Source: a virus
IMG/VR virus record: IMGVR_UViG_3300032770_000015
Span: 24,563 to 88,562 of that record
Strand: one strand, 5' to 3'
DNA: 64,000 bases
The notes below the pieces were generated by a model. The model was not told the DNA's origin. It did not search any database and saw nothing but the letters and a program-made list of their open reading frames with translations. The position numbers and the translations under genes are program-made. This document shows positions 37,057-48,005 of this stretch, in pieces (the stretch's first letter is position 1; the number at the start of each line of letters is the position of its first letter).

Positions 37057-37118
37057 CGCAGAGGAGGGCCGGGACCGATCCCCGGCCCTAATGCGGCGGC
37101 CCGGTTCCAAGCCCGGGC
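37057..37118 (+). ncRNA. Twister ribozyme 9 (divergent, covarying); predicted cleavage U37089/A37090
   Basis: CGCA-GAGGA-[P1]-UAA-UGCG-GC-.-GCCCGG-UUCCAAGC-CCGGGC. Compensatory changes in P2 and T1. Confidence 0.9.
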
Positions 37119-37148
37119 GACGTTCACCCCCGAAACGAGGGAGCGCTG

Positions 37149-40100
37149 ATGAAGCAGACCCACGTGATGAACCGCGCGACGGCGGCCGAGCTGGGCGATG
37201 CCCTGCTCGCGGCGGCGGGCGACATCGCGACCCGGTACGGCCTCGAGGTCGAGGCGGCGGCCGGGTCGTTCAGCACGACGGAGTTCAAGGGCTCCGTCCG
37301 GTTCAAGCTGCCCGCGACGAACCCCCGCGTGGCCGAGAAGCTCGCGGCGGACTTCGCCGACCTGCACCTCAACCCGGCCATCGTCGGCTGCCAGATGACG
37401 GTGCGCCGCCACACGTACACCGTCACCGGCGTGAAGCCCTACGCCAAGTACTGCATCGTGACCCGCCGCGATGACGGGAAGACGTTCATGTTCCCGTACG
37501 CGACGGCCGAAAAGCACTTCCCGACGATGGTCACCCGGCCGTGACCGACCACACCGGGGAAGTCTACGGCCCGGCGGTCCTGCTCGGGACGCTGCCGGTC
37601 GGCGCGCGGTTCCGGTCGGTGATCGTGGACGTGCCGCCGCGCGGGTTCCGCCCGCTGCCCGACCGGATCAAGTACGGCACGCTCGAGGATCTGTCGTCCG
37701 CCTGCGCCACGGTCACCGTCGAACGGGTCGTGTCGCGGACGTTCACGACCGAGGAAGGGAAGGACGTGACCCTGGCCACGGCGTCCGAGCGGACGACGTG
37801 GAGCCTCGGCACCGTGGTCGAACCCCTGCTCACGCCGGAGGTGCTCGTGTGAAGACGCTCCTCGCCGTCCTGGCGGCGCTCGCCGCCCTGAAGTACCTGA
37901 CCGACCCGTCGCGCGACCCGCTGGGCGAGCTGCGCCGCCGGGGCGCCCTGTGAACTACCGCGCGTACTTTCGCGGGCGGTCCGTCGTCGGGACCGCGCCG
38001 AACGTAGAGACCGCGCAGCGCGAGGCCGCCAAGCTGCTGGGCGCCCGGAAGTACTGGGAGGTCCAGATCGAGCAGGTGGCCGCCAACGTCAACCCGCCGG
38101 AACCGAAGGAACCTGCACCGTGACCCCGACCAGTCGCATACGGAAGATGCGCCCCCTCGAGGGCGACCCCAGCCGGACGGACCGCGCCCGGCGCAACGAC
38201 CTGACGCGCGCGGCGATCCGCGACCTGAAGGTGGACCTGCGGGTGCCGACGCACTTCTCGTACCGCGGATTCTACGTCACGCGGTCGTTCTCGACCGCGA
38301 CCTGGTACATCAGCCGCGACGGGACGCCGATCACCACGGCGCCGTCGGCCGCCGAGGCGCGCCGGGTCATCGACACGCTGGCGCGGGAGGCCTGATGGCC
38401 TTCACCCGGCGCAGCTTCGAATCGGCCCGGGCGTCCGGGCTCGGAAAGGCGCAGACGCTCGCCCGCGCCGAGGCCGCGACCCGGACGGTCGCCGCCCTGG
38501 AGGGCTGGCCCGTCGCCCGGCTGGCGCTGAAGTTGGCCGCGTACCGGCAGATGGCAGACCTCGCCTGGGCCGACTGTCCCGTCTGCGGGCAGCCCTGGAC
38601 CCAGGGTCACGATCCCGAAACCTGTTGAAGAAAGGATGACCTGTGAAGCGTTTCTTTGATGATCACCCTGTGGGCACGTTGCTGAACGCCGTCGAGGCCG
38701 AAGACGGTGAGCCGCAGGAATTCAGCCAGCCCGCGATCCTCAACCCGAACGGCGCCCCGGCGACGTTCGTGAACGTCTACCGCGTCGAGCGGTGCTATGG
38801 CGGCCCCGAGGAGGGCGGCTGGTGGTACGACACCGGGGAACCGGTCGGCTCGGTCGTCGTCCAGGGCAGCGTCGAGACGCACGTCGTCCGCACCCGGCTC
38901 GAGCGCGAGTATCCGTTCACCCGCGCCCGGTACTCCGTCCTGGGCGGCGAGGACTACAGCGTCCGGGTCGAGGATCACCCGGCCGTCGCGTGGCCCGCGC
39001 AGCGCCCCCACTACTGCTGAGGAGGCCGCGTGAAGCCGTCGCAGATCGAACAGCAGATGACCGGGCAGTGGGACACCTGGGTCACGACGACCATCGAGGT
39101 CTCGACCGCGACCCTGGAACGGTTCGCCGCCGCGATCCACACGGTCATCGGCCGTAACGTGGACGTGCGGTACGCGCTTCGCAACGTGGACGCGATGCTA
39201 ACCGCCGCCGCCGAGCTCGCCGTCGCCCGGTCGCTCGAGACCGACCGGCGGAACGGCCAGACGTACCGCGAGCTGCACGCGACCGCCCTGCGCCACGCGC
39301 TCCATGGGGCGGCGTTTCCCCGGCAGACGGGGCGGGCGGCCGACGCCATCAACGAGGGCGCCGAGACGGCCGCCTGGGCGCACGTCGAAGAGGTTCTCCG
39401 CAGCATCCTCGCCATCGAAAGGACCACACCGTGAGGTACCGCGTCACCGCCACCACGCTCGACCTGACCTGCGCCTCGCTGCACGTCGGCGCGGTCGTCA
39501 CGTCGGCGCCGATCCGGCACGAGGTCATCGACACCGAGGCGAACGAGCTGTTCGCCGACTGCGCCACCGCGTGGCAGGTCGAGGACCGGTACACCGATTT
39601 CTGGAACCGGATTGACCCCACGCTCGACATCCACCAGCCCTTTCACACGCACCGGGCGACGGAGAAGGTCGTCGTCCTGAACGTCGAGGTGATCCCGTGA
39701 ACCCGCACAACCTGAACCTGGTCCCCACGGCCGTCGCGGCGGCCATCGACACCGGGCGCCCGGAGCTGCTGGTCGCGCTCCGCGACGCCGCCCTGCGCGG
39801 CACGTTCGCCCCGGACCGCACGACGGTCGCGGGGCTCGTTGGGGTCATCGCCGATCAGGTCGAGGCCATCGGGCGCCTCCAGCGTCAGCTGGCCGAGGCC
39901 CGCACCCTGGCGACCGAGCTCACGAAGATCGGGAAGGGGCTGCTGCTCGCGGCCGATGCGCTCGGGAACCTGCGGTGAACGTCGCCACGAAGGCCCTGCA
40001 CCTGACGCCCGAGTGCGACCGCCTGGTGGCCGTGTCGGGTGAGTCGCAGCGGATCGGCGCGTTTTTTGCCTGGCTCACGCACGACCGTGACCCCCAGATC

Positions 40101-41261
40101 GAGCTCTGTGAGCGGGCGGATCGGGGCGACCAGCTCTGGCCGGTTAGCCGATCCATCGAACAGCTGCTCGCCGAGTACTTCGAGATTGACCTCGATAAGG
40201 TCGAGGCCGAGCGCCGGATGCTGCTGTCGGCGGTCCGGCTCGACCATACCTTGACGGAGGAACCCCACGATGGCTGATCGCCCCCGCCCGACCCAGGCCG
40301 AGGTCCTTGACCGTTGGGCGACCGCCGACCCCGTGCCCGTCCCGCGCGTCGCGTTCGAGACCGCGATCCGCTGCATGGGGATGATTGACGCCGTGCGCCT
40401 CGCGTGCGGCGCGTTCGACTGCCAGCTCCCCGAAGGGCGCCTCCTCGTCCGTGTGATCCGCGACGGGTACCAGGTGCTCCCCGACGCCGTACGCCGCGAC
40501 CTGGCGCAGAAGCGCCTCGCCTCCATGCGAAAGGACCCCATCACGTGACCCGTCCGGTGCAGGAACCCGTCGAGAGCCCCGGCGCCCTGCCGGGCTCGAC
40601 CGACCTTAACCACCCCGCGTTTGGGCAGATCAGCGCGGCGCGCGTCTCCGGCGCACCGGGCGCGGCGCTGTACGGGTCGGACTTCCGCCACGGCAACTGG
40701 GTGATCATCCGCATCGCGCGCTCGACGCTCGGGGGCGACATCTCGCACGACTGGCCCCACGCCCGCGAGGAGCTCATCGAGGTCTGGCTGTCCGAAGCCC
40801 AGTGGGCGACGTTCGTCAGCTCGATGAACGTGGGTGACGGCCCGCAGTGCACCATCTACCACGTCGGGGGCGAGCGGATGCCCGCCCTGCCCCTGCGCCG
40901 GATCGAGACCGTGGCCCGGGCCGAGCTCGACGCCGCAACGGCCGAGACCGCGCGGCTCGTCGAGGAGGCGCTCGCCGCCGTCCGGGGCGAGATCGGGGCC
41001 GGGCTGTCGAAGGTGAAACAGGAGAAGATCATCGGCCGCCTGGAGAAGCTCCAGCGCGAGCTGTCCGACGGCATTCCGTGGATGGCCAAGACGTTCGCCC
41101 GCCACATGGAGACGACCGTCGAGAAGGCGAAGATGGAGGTGAACGCCTACATGACGCACACGCTGCAGCGCATGGGGATCACCGCCCTGGGCGGCGCGCC
41201 CCCGGCTCCGTTGCAGCTTACCGACGGTTCCCCGACGGACGACACGAAAGGACAGCCGTGA
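37149..41261 (+). other. Run of small, mostly translationally coupled hypothetical genes
   Basis: 37149-37544, 37541-37852, 37849-37953, 38120-38395, 38395-38628, 38643-39020, 39030-39434, 39431-39700, 39697-39978, 39975-40277, 40270-40548, 40545-41261. Mostly (A/G)TGA overlaps. Confidence 0.7.
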
Positions 41262-42067
41262 CCGACCGCGCCACGATCATCGCGCGCCTGCAGAAGCTGC
41301 GGGCGACCGCTGAATCCTACCAGGAGCTCGGGAACGCCGAGGCCGCCGCGACGTACGCGGCGAAGGTCCAGGAGCTCCTCCTCAAGCACAAGCTCGCCAT
41401 GTCCGACGTGGAGTTCGCCGAGGAGGCGGACGCCGATCCGCTCGGGCACCTGTACTTCGACCCGTCGGACGGGTTCTTTCCGGGCGGGCGGGGGCAGACG
41501 CGGCGCATCGCGCACATCGAGCAGCTGGCGATGGGGGTGGCGGAGGCGCACGACTGCGACATGCTGATCGGGCGCCACGGCCAGGTCGGCTACTACTTCG
41601 TCGGGCGTGCGTCCGACGTGGAGATCGTGAAGTTCATGTTCACGACGCTCGGCCGGACCGGGTTCCGCCTGTCGGCCGCCGCGTACCGGCGGGCGAAGAC
41701 GGCGGGCGAGTACACGCGCGGGTTCTACGTCGCGTGGTGGCGCGGCTACGTCACGGCGATCCGGCGTCGGTACGACGACGCCCGGCAGGCCATCCTCGAC
41801 GCCGAGCGGGCGGCCGGGCACGGGACGGCGCTGGTCCGGCTCGACCAGCTGCGGCTGGCCGTTGAGAAGTACGAGAAGGACGTGCTCGCGTCGAAGCCGC
41901 TCCCGGCGGTCGGGAACGGGAACGCCTACAACCCGGACGCCTACGAGCAGGGACACCGGGCCGGACAGAACGTGAACCTGTCGCCGAACGCTGTGCCCGC
42001 CGGGAAGACCGTCGTCCCGCGCGCGCTCGGCCCCGGGCAGAAGGCCCTACCGAAGGGAGGCCGCTGA
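41258..42067 (+). CDS. DUF2786-domain protein
   Basis: IIARLQKL.A.AES.....EA...AAKVQELLLKHKL N-terminus, FVGRASDVE, AYEQG..AG. Confidence 0.75.
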   Translation: MTDRATIIARLQKLRATAESYQELGNAEAAATYAAKVQELLLKHKLAMSDVEFAEEADADPLGHLYFDPSDGFFPGGRGQTRRIAHIEQLAMGVAEAHDCDMLIGRHGQVGYYFVGRASDVEIVKFMFTTLGRTGFRLSAAAYRRAKTAGEYTRGFYVAWWRGYVTAIRRRYDDARQAILDAERAAGHGTALVRLDQLRLAVEKYEKDVLASKPLPAVGNGNAYNPDAYEQGHRAGQNVNLSPNAVPAGKTVVPRALGPGQKALPKGGR

Positions 42068-45000
42068 TGGGTACCTATCGCCTGACCATCGTCTGCGGCG
42101 ACGCCAGTCATGGCTCGGCCGACGACGCTACGGTGACCGCCGATGATCTGGTGGCGGCGCTACAGGTCGCCGTGGATCTGCCCGGCGGCGACGGGCTCTG
42201 GCCCGGTGCGCGCGTTCGGGTTGAAAAGGAGCTGCGCCCGGGTTCCTGGGCGCCGATGGGGCAGCACGATCTACCTGGGCGGTCACCGTGAGCGCCGGGA
42301 CCGCGTGCACCGATTCGGCCCGGCACCGGAAGTACTGGCGCGTCGTCCAGCGTCAGTGCAATCACTCGGCGTTCAACGGGTACCGCCGGACATATAGCGA
42401 CTACTCGACCGTCATCTGCATGGCGCCCGCCGCGATCCGTGGTACCTGCGCGGGCGCCTGGCGCACCAAGGCAGCGTACGTCACCGCGCTTCCCGACGCG
42501 ACCGACGCCGAGCGCCGCACCTTTCGGGTGGAGGAACCGACCGCGTGAAGATCGCCGTCGTACTGCACCAGGACCGCCACTGCGATCCGACCGTCTACCT
42601 GTTCGCGGACGTGGGGAAGGCAGTAGCGAAGGCCCGGCAGCTCGCCGGGTCGTACGGCAAGAACTGGTCTGAGGAGCACCGGCCGCGCGGCTACGTCTAC
42701 TATGGCGTCGCCGAGGACACGGCCTCGATCACGATCACGGTCGAGGAGGTCCAGTGATCTACGACACGCCGCAGCTCACGCGGCCCGTCGGCGCGTGCGC
42801 CTGCCTCGAGCGGTTCCGCACCGACTACGGGTACTGGACCCCGTACCGGCTCTGCGAGGCGCACCGCCGGGCGGCCGTCGAACGCGTGGCCACCCGCCGC
42901 TGGGCCGTCCGCTGGACCGCCGCCGCGACGCAGGCCGCCGCGCGGTGGCTGCACCTGCAGCTCGTCGCGGGCCTACCCGTCCTGAAGGACCCCGCGTGAA
43001 GACCGTCCTGCTCTGCCTGGTCGCCGCGACCGCCGCCTGCGCCGCGCCGACCGCGCCCCGTCGGCCCTGCATCACGGTCCGGGCCGATACGTCCTGGCTC
43101 TATCCCGACCTGCCGCCGACTGGCCCCGGGCACGCGCCCGTCGCCATCGTGCGGGTCGACACGATCCCCTGCATGAAAGGAGCGCAATGATCCCCACCCT
43201 GCAGTACATGGGCCGCGGGCTCGACCCGCGCCCGGTCAACCGGACGCTCGAGGAGGTCCACGAGCTCCTACTGGTGGACAAGACCCCGGTCGTCGTTCAG
43301 CTCGAGCCGGGCGACGGGACGCGGTACGACTGGCTCCTCGTCCCGGCGGCGTCGTACTACGTCGGTGACGCGCTCGGCGTCATCGGCATCCCGCCCGGCG
43401 CGGCGGCCGAGTACCTGATCATCGTGGACGTGCACGTGCCGATGCACGCTATGGCCGTCCCGTTCGACGGCGCGACGACGGCCGCCGACGTGCGCGAGGT
43501 CAGCGCGAACGCCTGGACGCGGACCTGCCTGGCCTGGTGGCTGAACGTCGTGCACGCCACCGTGGTCGTCACCCCCGCCGAGGAGGGCCTGGGGTTCCCG
43601 GCCGTCCGGCACGCGTGACCCCGTATCAGATCACCCGCCTCGAGGCCCTGCTCCGCGCGTTTCTCGTGACGCGGGCGACGGCGCGCGAGGCGGTCCACGT
43701 CCAGGCGCTGCTGCCGACGATCCGCCAGCGGCGCCGGAATCCCCCGACGACGGGCGAACGGAACCGCCAGGAGCGGCGCCGCGCCCAGAAAGGCTGGTCA
43801 TGATCCGTCTCATCACGCTGCCCCCGTTCGTTATCATCGGCGCCGCGTTCGGGCTCGGTGCGGCCGTCGGCATGGCCGTCGGCTGGGTCGGCGCCGCGCT
43901 GATGGCCGCGGCTAAGCTGGGCGACGAAACCTGCGCCCGGGCGCCGGAATGCCCGCTGAGGTTCACGTGACCCGGCGCGAGGCGCTCGCCTACGCGCTCG
44001 GGCGCCACCCCGAGTGCAGCTATGCCGAGGCCGAGTACGGGCTGAACATCGTCCTGCAGCCCACGTGGCAGGTTAACCTCTGGCGCAACAAGGAGTGCCG
44101 GGACGCGGGCGACCCGGTACGGGCCATCGAGGATAACCTGCACCGCGACGGGCCGCTGTTCCCCGGCCCGGGCGATGACGTATGATCCACGCCCTCTCGC
44201 GGTTGCAGGTCGTCCCGGGGAAGACCCGCACGGCCTGCGGCGTCCACCTCGTCGCCCCGGCGGCCGGGCAGGTGACGCGCGATTACCGCGCCGTCGAGTG
44301 TCGCCGGTGCCGCCCCCTGATCCCCTACTCCGAGTGCCGCGCCTCATGGCTAGCCGACCAGCCGCCCGGGACGGCGCAGCTCATCTGCACGATCCGGGTC
44401 GCGGCGCTCGACGGGCGCGAAGCGACGCTGGCCATCGGCACCATGCTGATGGCCGAACCCCACCCGCACATTCTCGCCGAGGAGCTCGACGCCGCGGCGA
44501 CCGTCCCGCTGCGCGTCCGGCTGACGCGCGACCCGACCTTCATCTTCCTGGTCCACCCGGACCGGGTGCGCCTGCTGAAGCAGGTGCGAAAGGAGACCGA
44601 CGCTTGAGCGACTACGCGAAGGAGACCGACGCCCGCCACGCGGAGATCGTCGCGCGGCTGCAGGCGATCACGAAGGGCTGCCGCCCGGACATGCACGAGC
44701 CGGACGAGCAGGACCTCAAGGCGCGCGTCGTCGGGTACGCGCTCGACAACGCCATGGGGTCCGCCGTGGACGTGACCGCGCTGCAGCGCGGGTTCCAGGA
44801 GTTCGTCGTCATCCTCGAGCGGTTCTTCGAGGGGCGGCCGAAGGGCCACGGGCTGATGCTCGAGGCATTTAACCTCGCCGACCTGCTCGCCATCGCGCGG
44901 CGGGCGGCCATCCCGTCGGCCGGGGCGCGCGAGGCGGGCGACCTGGCCCTGCACGCCCTGGAGATCTTGCTCTCCGGGGTCGTGTTCAACGACGAGGGGA

Positions 45001-45089
45001 TCAAGGAGGTCAACCTGCAGACGCTGCACACCGCGGTCACGCTCGGCCACGATGCGCTCATCGCCGCGGGTTCGGCCGCGCCCGCGTGA
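42067..45089 (+). other. Run of small coupled hypothetical genes
   Basis: 42067-42291, 42288-42548, 42545-42757, 42754-42999, 42996-43190, 43187-43618, 43615-43803, 43949-44185, 44182-44607, 44604-45089. Confidence 0.65.
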
Positions 45090-45583
45090 GACACGTCGGG
45101 ATCGTCGGGGCCGAGGCGGCGAAGTTCACCCCGATCACGGCGGCCACGGCGAAGTCGATCATCGCCGAGCTCGTGCGGCCCGACGTGACGGTGGTCAGCG
45201 GGCACTGCCCGCTCGGGGGCGTCGACATCTGGGCCGAGGACGCCGCTGCCGCTGCCGGTCGGCCCACGCGGATCTTCGCGCCCCAGCACCAGCGCTGGGC
45301 CGACGGATATAAGCCGCGGAACCTGAGCATCGCGTCCATCGCCGACATTGTGCACGTCATCACCGTCGCCGAGCTGCCGCCCGGGTTCCGGGGCCGCCGG
45401 TTCGCGTCCTGCTATCACTGCGCGGGGCTGGCCGACGGGACCGGGAAGTGGCCCGCGCCGACGAGCCACATCAAGTCCGGTGGGTGCTGGACCGCCCGCC
45501 GTGCGCTGGACTTCAGCAAGCCTGCCACGTGGTACATCATCGCCCCCGACGGGGGCTTCACCGTGAAAGGAGACATCGCATGA
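45086..45583 (+). CDS. SLOG-superfamily (YspA-like) protein
   Basis: VGIVG, VVSGHCPLGGVDIWAE, GYKPRN..IA, SGGCWT motifs. Confidence 0.6.
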   Translation: MRHVGIVGAEAAKFTPITAATAKSIIAELVRPDVTVVSGHCPLGGVDIWAEDAAAAAGRPTRIFAPQHQRWADGYKPRNLSIASIADIVHVITVAELPPGFRGRRFASCYHCAGLADGTGKWPAPTSHIKSGGCWTARRALDFSKPATWYIIAPDGGFTVKGDIA

Positions 45584-46074
45584 ATCGCTGGACCCGCTGG
45601 TGCTTGCCCCTGTTGCTCGTCCTCGTCGCCGCCGCCTGCACGGAGAACTACGCGAACGGGGAACGAATCGGGCTCGTGACGCAGTTTTCCCGCGCCGGGG
45701 TCATCTGGAAGACCTGGGAGGGGCACCTCAACCTGACGCAGACCGGGATGAATTCCTCGTCCACGGCGCCGTTCGACTTCTCCATCGACAGCGACCACGA
45801 GGACCCGGTGGTCATCGCAGCCATCGACAGCGCGGCGCAGTATGGCTGGAAGGTCAAGCTCGTGTACCACGAGACCTTCGGCAAGAACTGGTTCGAGAAC
45901 CGTGGCGAGACCGACCACTTCATCACGCGCGTCGAGGTGCTCGACAAGAACCCGGTCGCCTCGGCGTTCAAGGGCGCCGGAACCGCCGCCCCCGCCGCCG
46001 GATCGGGCGGCCGGGCGGTTGACACGATCTACGTCGTCATCGTCGGGCGGGCGTCCGACCGGCCGTCGCGATGA
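45580..46074 (+). CDS. Putative lipoprotein
   Basis: Signal peptide with VAAAC lipobox. NYANGERIG...FS..GVIWKTWEG.L. Confidence 0.65.
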   Translation: MNRWTRWCLPLLLVLVAAACTENYANGERIGLVTQFSRAGVIWKTWEGHLNLTQTGMNSSSTAPFDFSIDSDHEDPVVIAAIDSAAQYGWKVKLVYHETFGKNWFENRGETDHFITRVEVLDKNPVASAFKGAGTAAPAAGSGGRAVDTIYVVIVGRASDRPSR

Positions 46075-46454
46075 TGCGCCTCTGGCGCTGGCTCCGGCGC
46101 CCCCGCCTGCCGTACCGGGCGACCGCCGCCGAGGTCCTGGCAGCGCTCGATGCCTGGGCGTTGGCCCGGCAGCGCGGTGGCGTCGTGCCCGGGAGCGATC
46201 CCGAGGTTAGCCGCGTCTGGTCGGTCCTGACCGCCCTGCGCGGCCCGGACGACGACTGCCCCGAGGTGAAGATGCTCGGGGCGGCCCGCGTCCGCGCGCT
46301 CGCCCTGCCGCACCTGTCCATCGAGTACGGGGTCACGAACTTCGACGGGTGCGCCCCGACCGCGCGCGGCGCCCGGAGCGATCATTACGCGGAGCACATC
46401 GAGCGGGCGGTTTACGCCCTGCGCAAGATGAACCTGCTCAAGGAGGACGCTTGA
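46071..46454 (+). CDS. Hypothetical protein
   Basis: 127 aa, ATGA coupling. Confidence 0.6.
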   Translation: MMRLWRWLRRPRLPYRATAAEVLAALDAWALARQRGGVVPGSDPEVSRVWSVLTALRGPDDDCPEVKMLGAARVRALALPHLSIEYGVTNFDGCAPTARGARSDHYAEHIERAVYALRKMNLLKEDA

Positions 46455-47422
46455 CTGACAAGGTCGAGACGATGGCGTACGTGGGCGACGTACCGTGGCA
46501 CGGCCGCGGCGTCGCCCTCCCGGAGAACCCGACCGTCGAGCAGATGCGGGCGGCGGCCGGGCTGGAGTGGGACGTGGAACTCGCTGGGCTAACCTACCTG
46601 CACGGCGGCGCGGCCCGGTCGTCCGGTGCGCGGTCGCTGATTCGGACCGACACGGGGGCTGAGCTCGACACGGTCGGCGGAGTCTACACGCCGATCAAGA
46701 ACGCCGAGATCTGTGAGTTCTTCCGCGGATACGTCGAGGCCGGGGAGCTGACGCTCGAGACGGCCGGGGTCCTCGACGGCGGGAAGTACGTCTGGGCGCT
46801 CGCGAAGATGAAGAAGGGGTTCACGGTCGGCGCGAACGACCGCGTGGAGGGCTACGTCTTCCTCGCCAACCCGCACCAGTACGGGAAGGGCGCGACCGCC
46901 AAGTTCACGGCCACGCGGGTCGTCTGCTGGAACACCTGGCAGGCCGCCCTGGCCGGGCCGGGCGCCGCGACGAAGATCTGGCACGTCGGCGCGTTCGACG
47001 CCGAGCGGCGGGCGGCGGTCCAGGAGGAAATGGGGATCGCGCGCGACCGCCTGAAGTCGTTCCGGGCGGCGGCCACGCGGCTCGCCGACCTGCAGCTCAG
47101 CCTCAGCGAAGCGCGCCAGCTCGCTGGGCGCATCCTGCGGCCGAAGGCCACGATGCCCGACGATGATCACTGGGCCGAGGCCCCGCGCGAGGTCGTGCGG
47201 GTCATCACCCTCTATCAGGGCGAGGCGAAGGGCGCCCTGCTCCCGTCGGCCAAGGACACGGCCTGGGGGCTCTTCAACGCCATCACGCAGTACACCGACT
47301 GGGAGCACGGCCGGTCGGTCGACACGCGGCTCCGGTCGGCCTGGATGGGATCGGGCGCCGCCCTGAAGGCCCGGGCGCTCGACGCCCTGACCGCCTACGC
47401 CGACGAGAGGGGAGGGAAGTAG
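46451..47422 (+). CDS. DUF932-family phage/plasmid protein
   Basis: MAYVGDVPWHGRG, AAGLEWDV, ETAGVL.GGK.VWALAK, TRVVCWNT, TAWGLFNAITQY.D motifs. Confidence 0.88.
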   Translation: MTDKVETMAYVGDVPWHGRGVALPENPTVEQMRAAAGLEWDVELAGLTYLHGGAARSSGARSLIRTDTGAELDTVGGVYTPIKNAEICEFFRGYVEAGELTLETAGVLDGGKYVWALAKMKKGFTVGANDRVEGYVFLANPHQYGKGATAKFTATRVVCWNTWQAALAGPGAATKIWHVGAFDAERRAAVQEEMGIARDRLKSFRAAATRLADLQLSLSEARQLAGRILRPKATMPDDDHWAEAPREVVRVITLYQGEAKGALLPSAKDTAWGLFNAITQYTDWEHGRSVDTRLRSAWMGSGAALKARALDALTAYADERGGK

Positions 47423-47425
47423 CCG

Positions 47426-47923
47426 ATGTGCTGCTTCACGGGAAAGAGACACCACCTGCGGCCGACGCGCGGCTTCAGGGCGTTCAAGCTGTGGTTCGAC
47501 CCGGTGGGGCGCTGCGAGCTGACGGGGCGGCACCACGGCCAGTACACGTACGTGCCCGGCGACCGCGACGCCGCCGGGTGGTGGCACACCGACGCGCCCG
47601 CCCCCGAGAATCCCTTCGGGTTCTATGCCTATACGCGGCTCGTCCGGGCCGGGCGCCCCTCGACCTACGCGCCGATCACGGCCGTGGTCGAGCTGCGCGG
47701 CACCGCCATCGCCGGGCGGAAGAAGGCTACCGGGTTCGCGCCCGCCGAGCCCGCCGGGTTCCGGGCCGCCGAGCTGCGGCTCGTCCGGCTCATCGTCCAC
47801 AAGCGGTACCTCCTGCCTTGGAGGACCCTGGCGACCGGGCTACCGATCAGCGCGGCGCAGGTCGCCGCGTCCCTCCGCGCCCAGTACGGCGTGCCCACCC
47901 GCATCGAACACCGTAAGAAGTAG
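47426..47923 (+). CDS. Hypothetical protein
   Basis: 165 aa. GFRAF...GFYAY...VEL.G...GFRA pattern. Confidence 0.6.
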   Translation: MCCFTGKRHHLRPTRGFRAFKLWFDPVGRCELTGRHHGQYTYVPGDRDAAGWWHTDAPAPENPFGFYAYTRLVRAGRPSTYAPITAVVELRGTAIAGRKKATGFAPAEPAGFRAAELRLVRLIVHKRYLLPWRTLATGLPISAAQVAASLRAQYGVPTRIEHRKK

Positions 47924-47943
47924 GTTCCCGCCGAAAGAAACGC

Positions 47944-47975
47944 AACGGCCCCGGGGGTTTCGCCCCGGGGCCGTT
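47944..47975. terminator. Hairpin between convergent genes (likely bidirectional terminator)
   Basis: 13-bp stem AACGGCCCCGGGG/CCCCGGGGCCGTT with an A-rich tract on its left. Confidence 0.7.
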
Positions 47976-48005
47976 CCCGCCCGTCGGACCCATCCCTGAA
48001 GACCA

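Noticed and set aside
32038-37118. CRISPR array or integron attC cassette array
   Set aside because: Spacers are whole genes of variable length, repeats vary in sequence while conserving an RNA fold, there are no RYYYAAC/GTTRRRY ends, and no cas or integrase gene is visible.
32038-37118. Plain rho-independent terminators
   Set aside because: No U-tracts. Conserved unpaired nucleotides and pseudoknot covariation fit twister.
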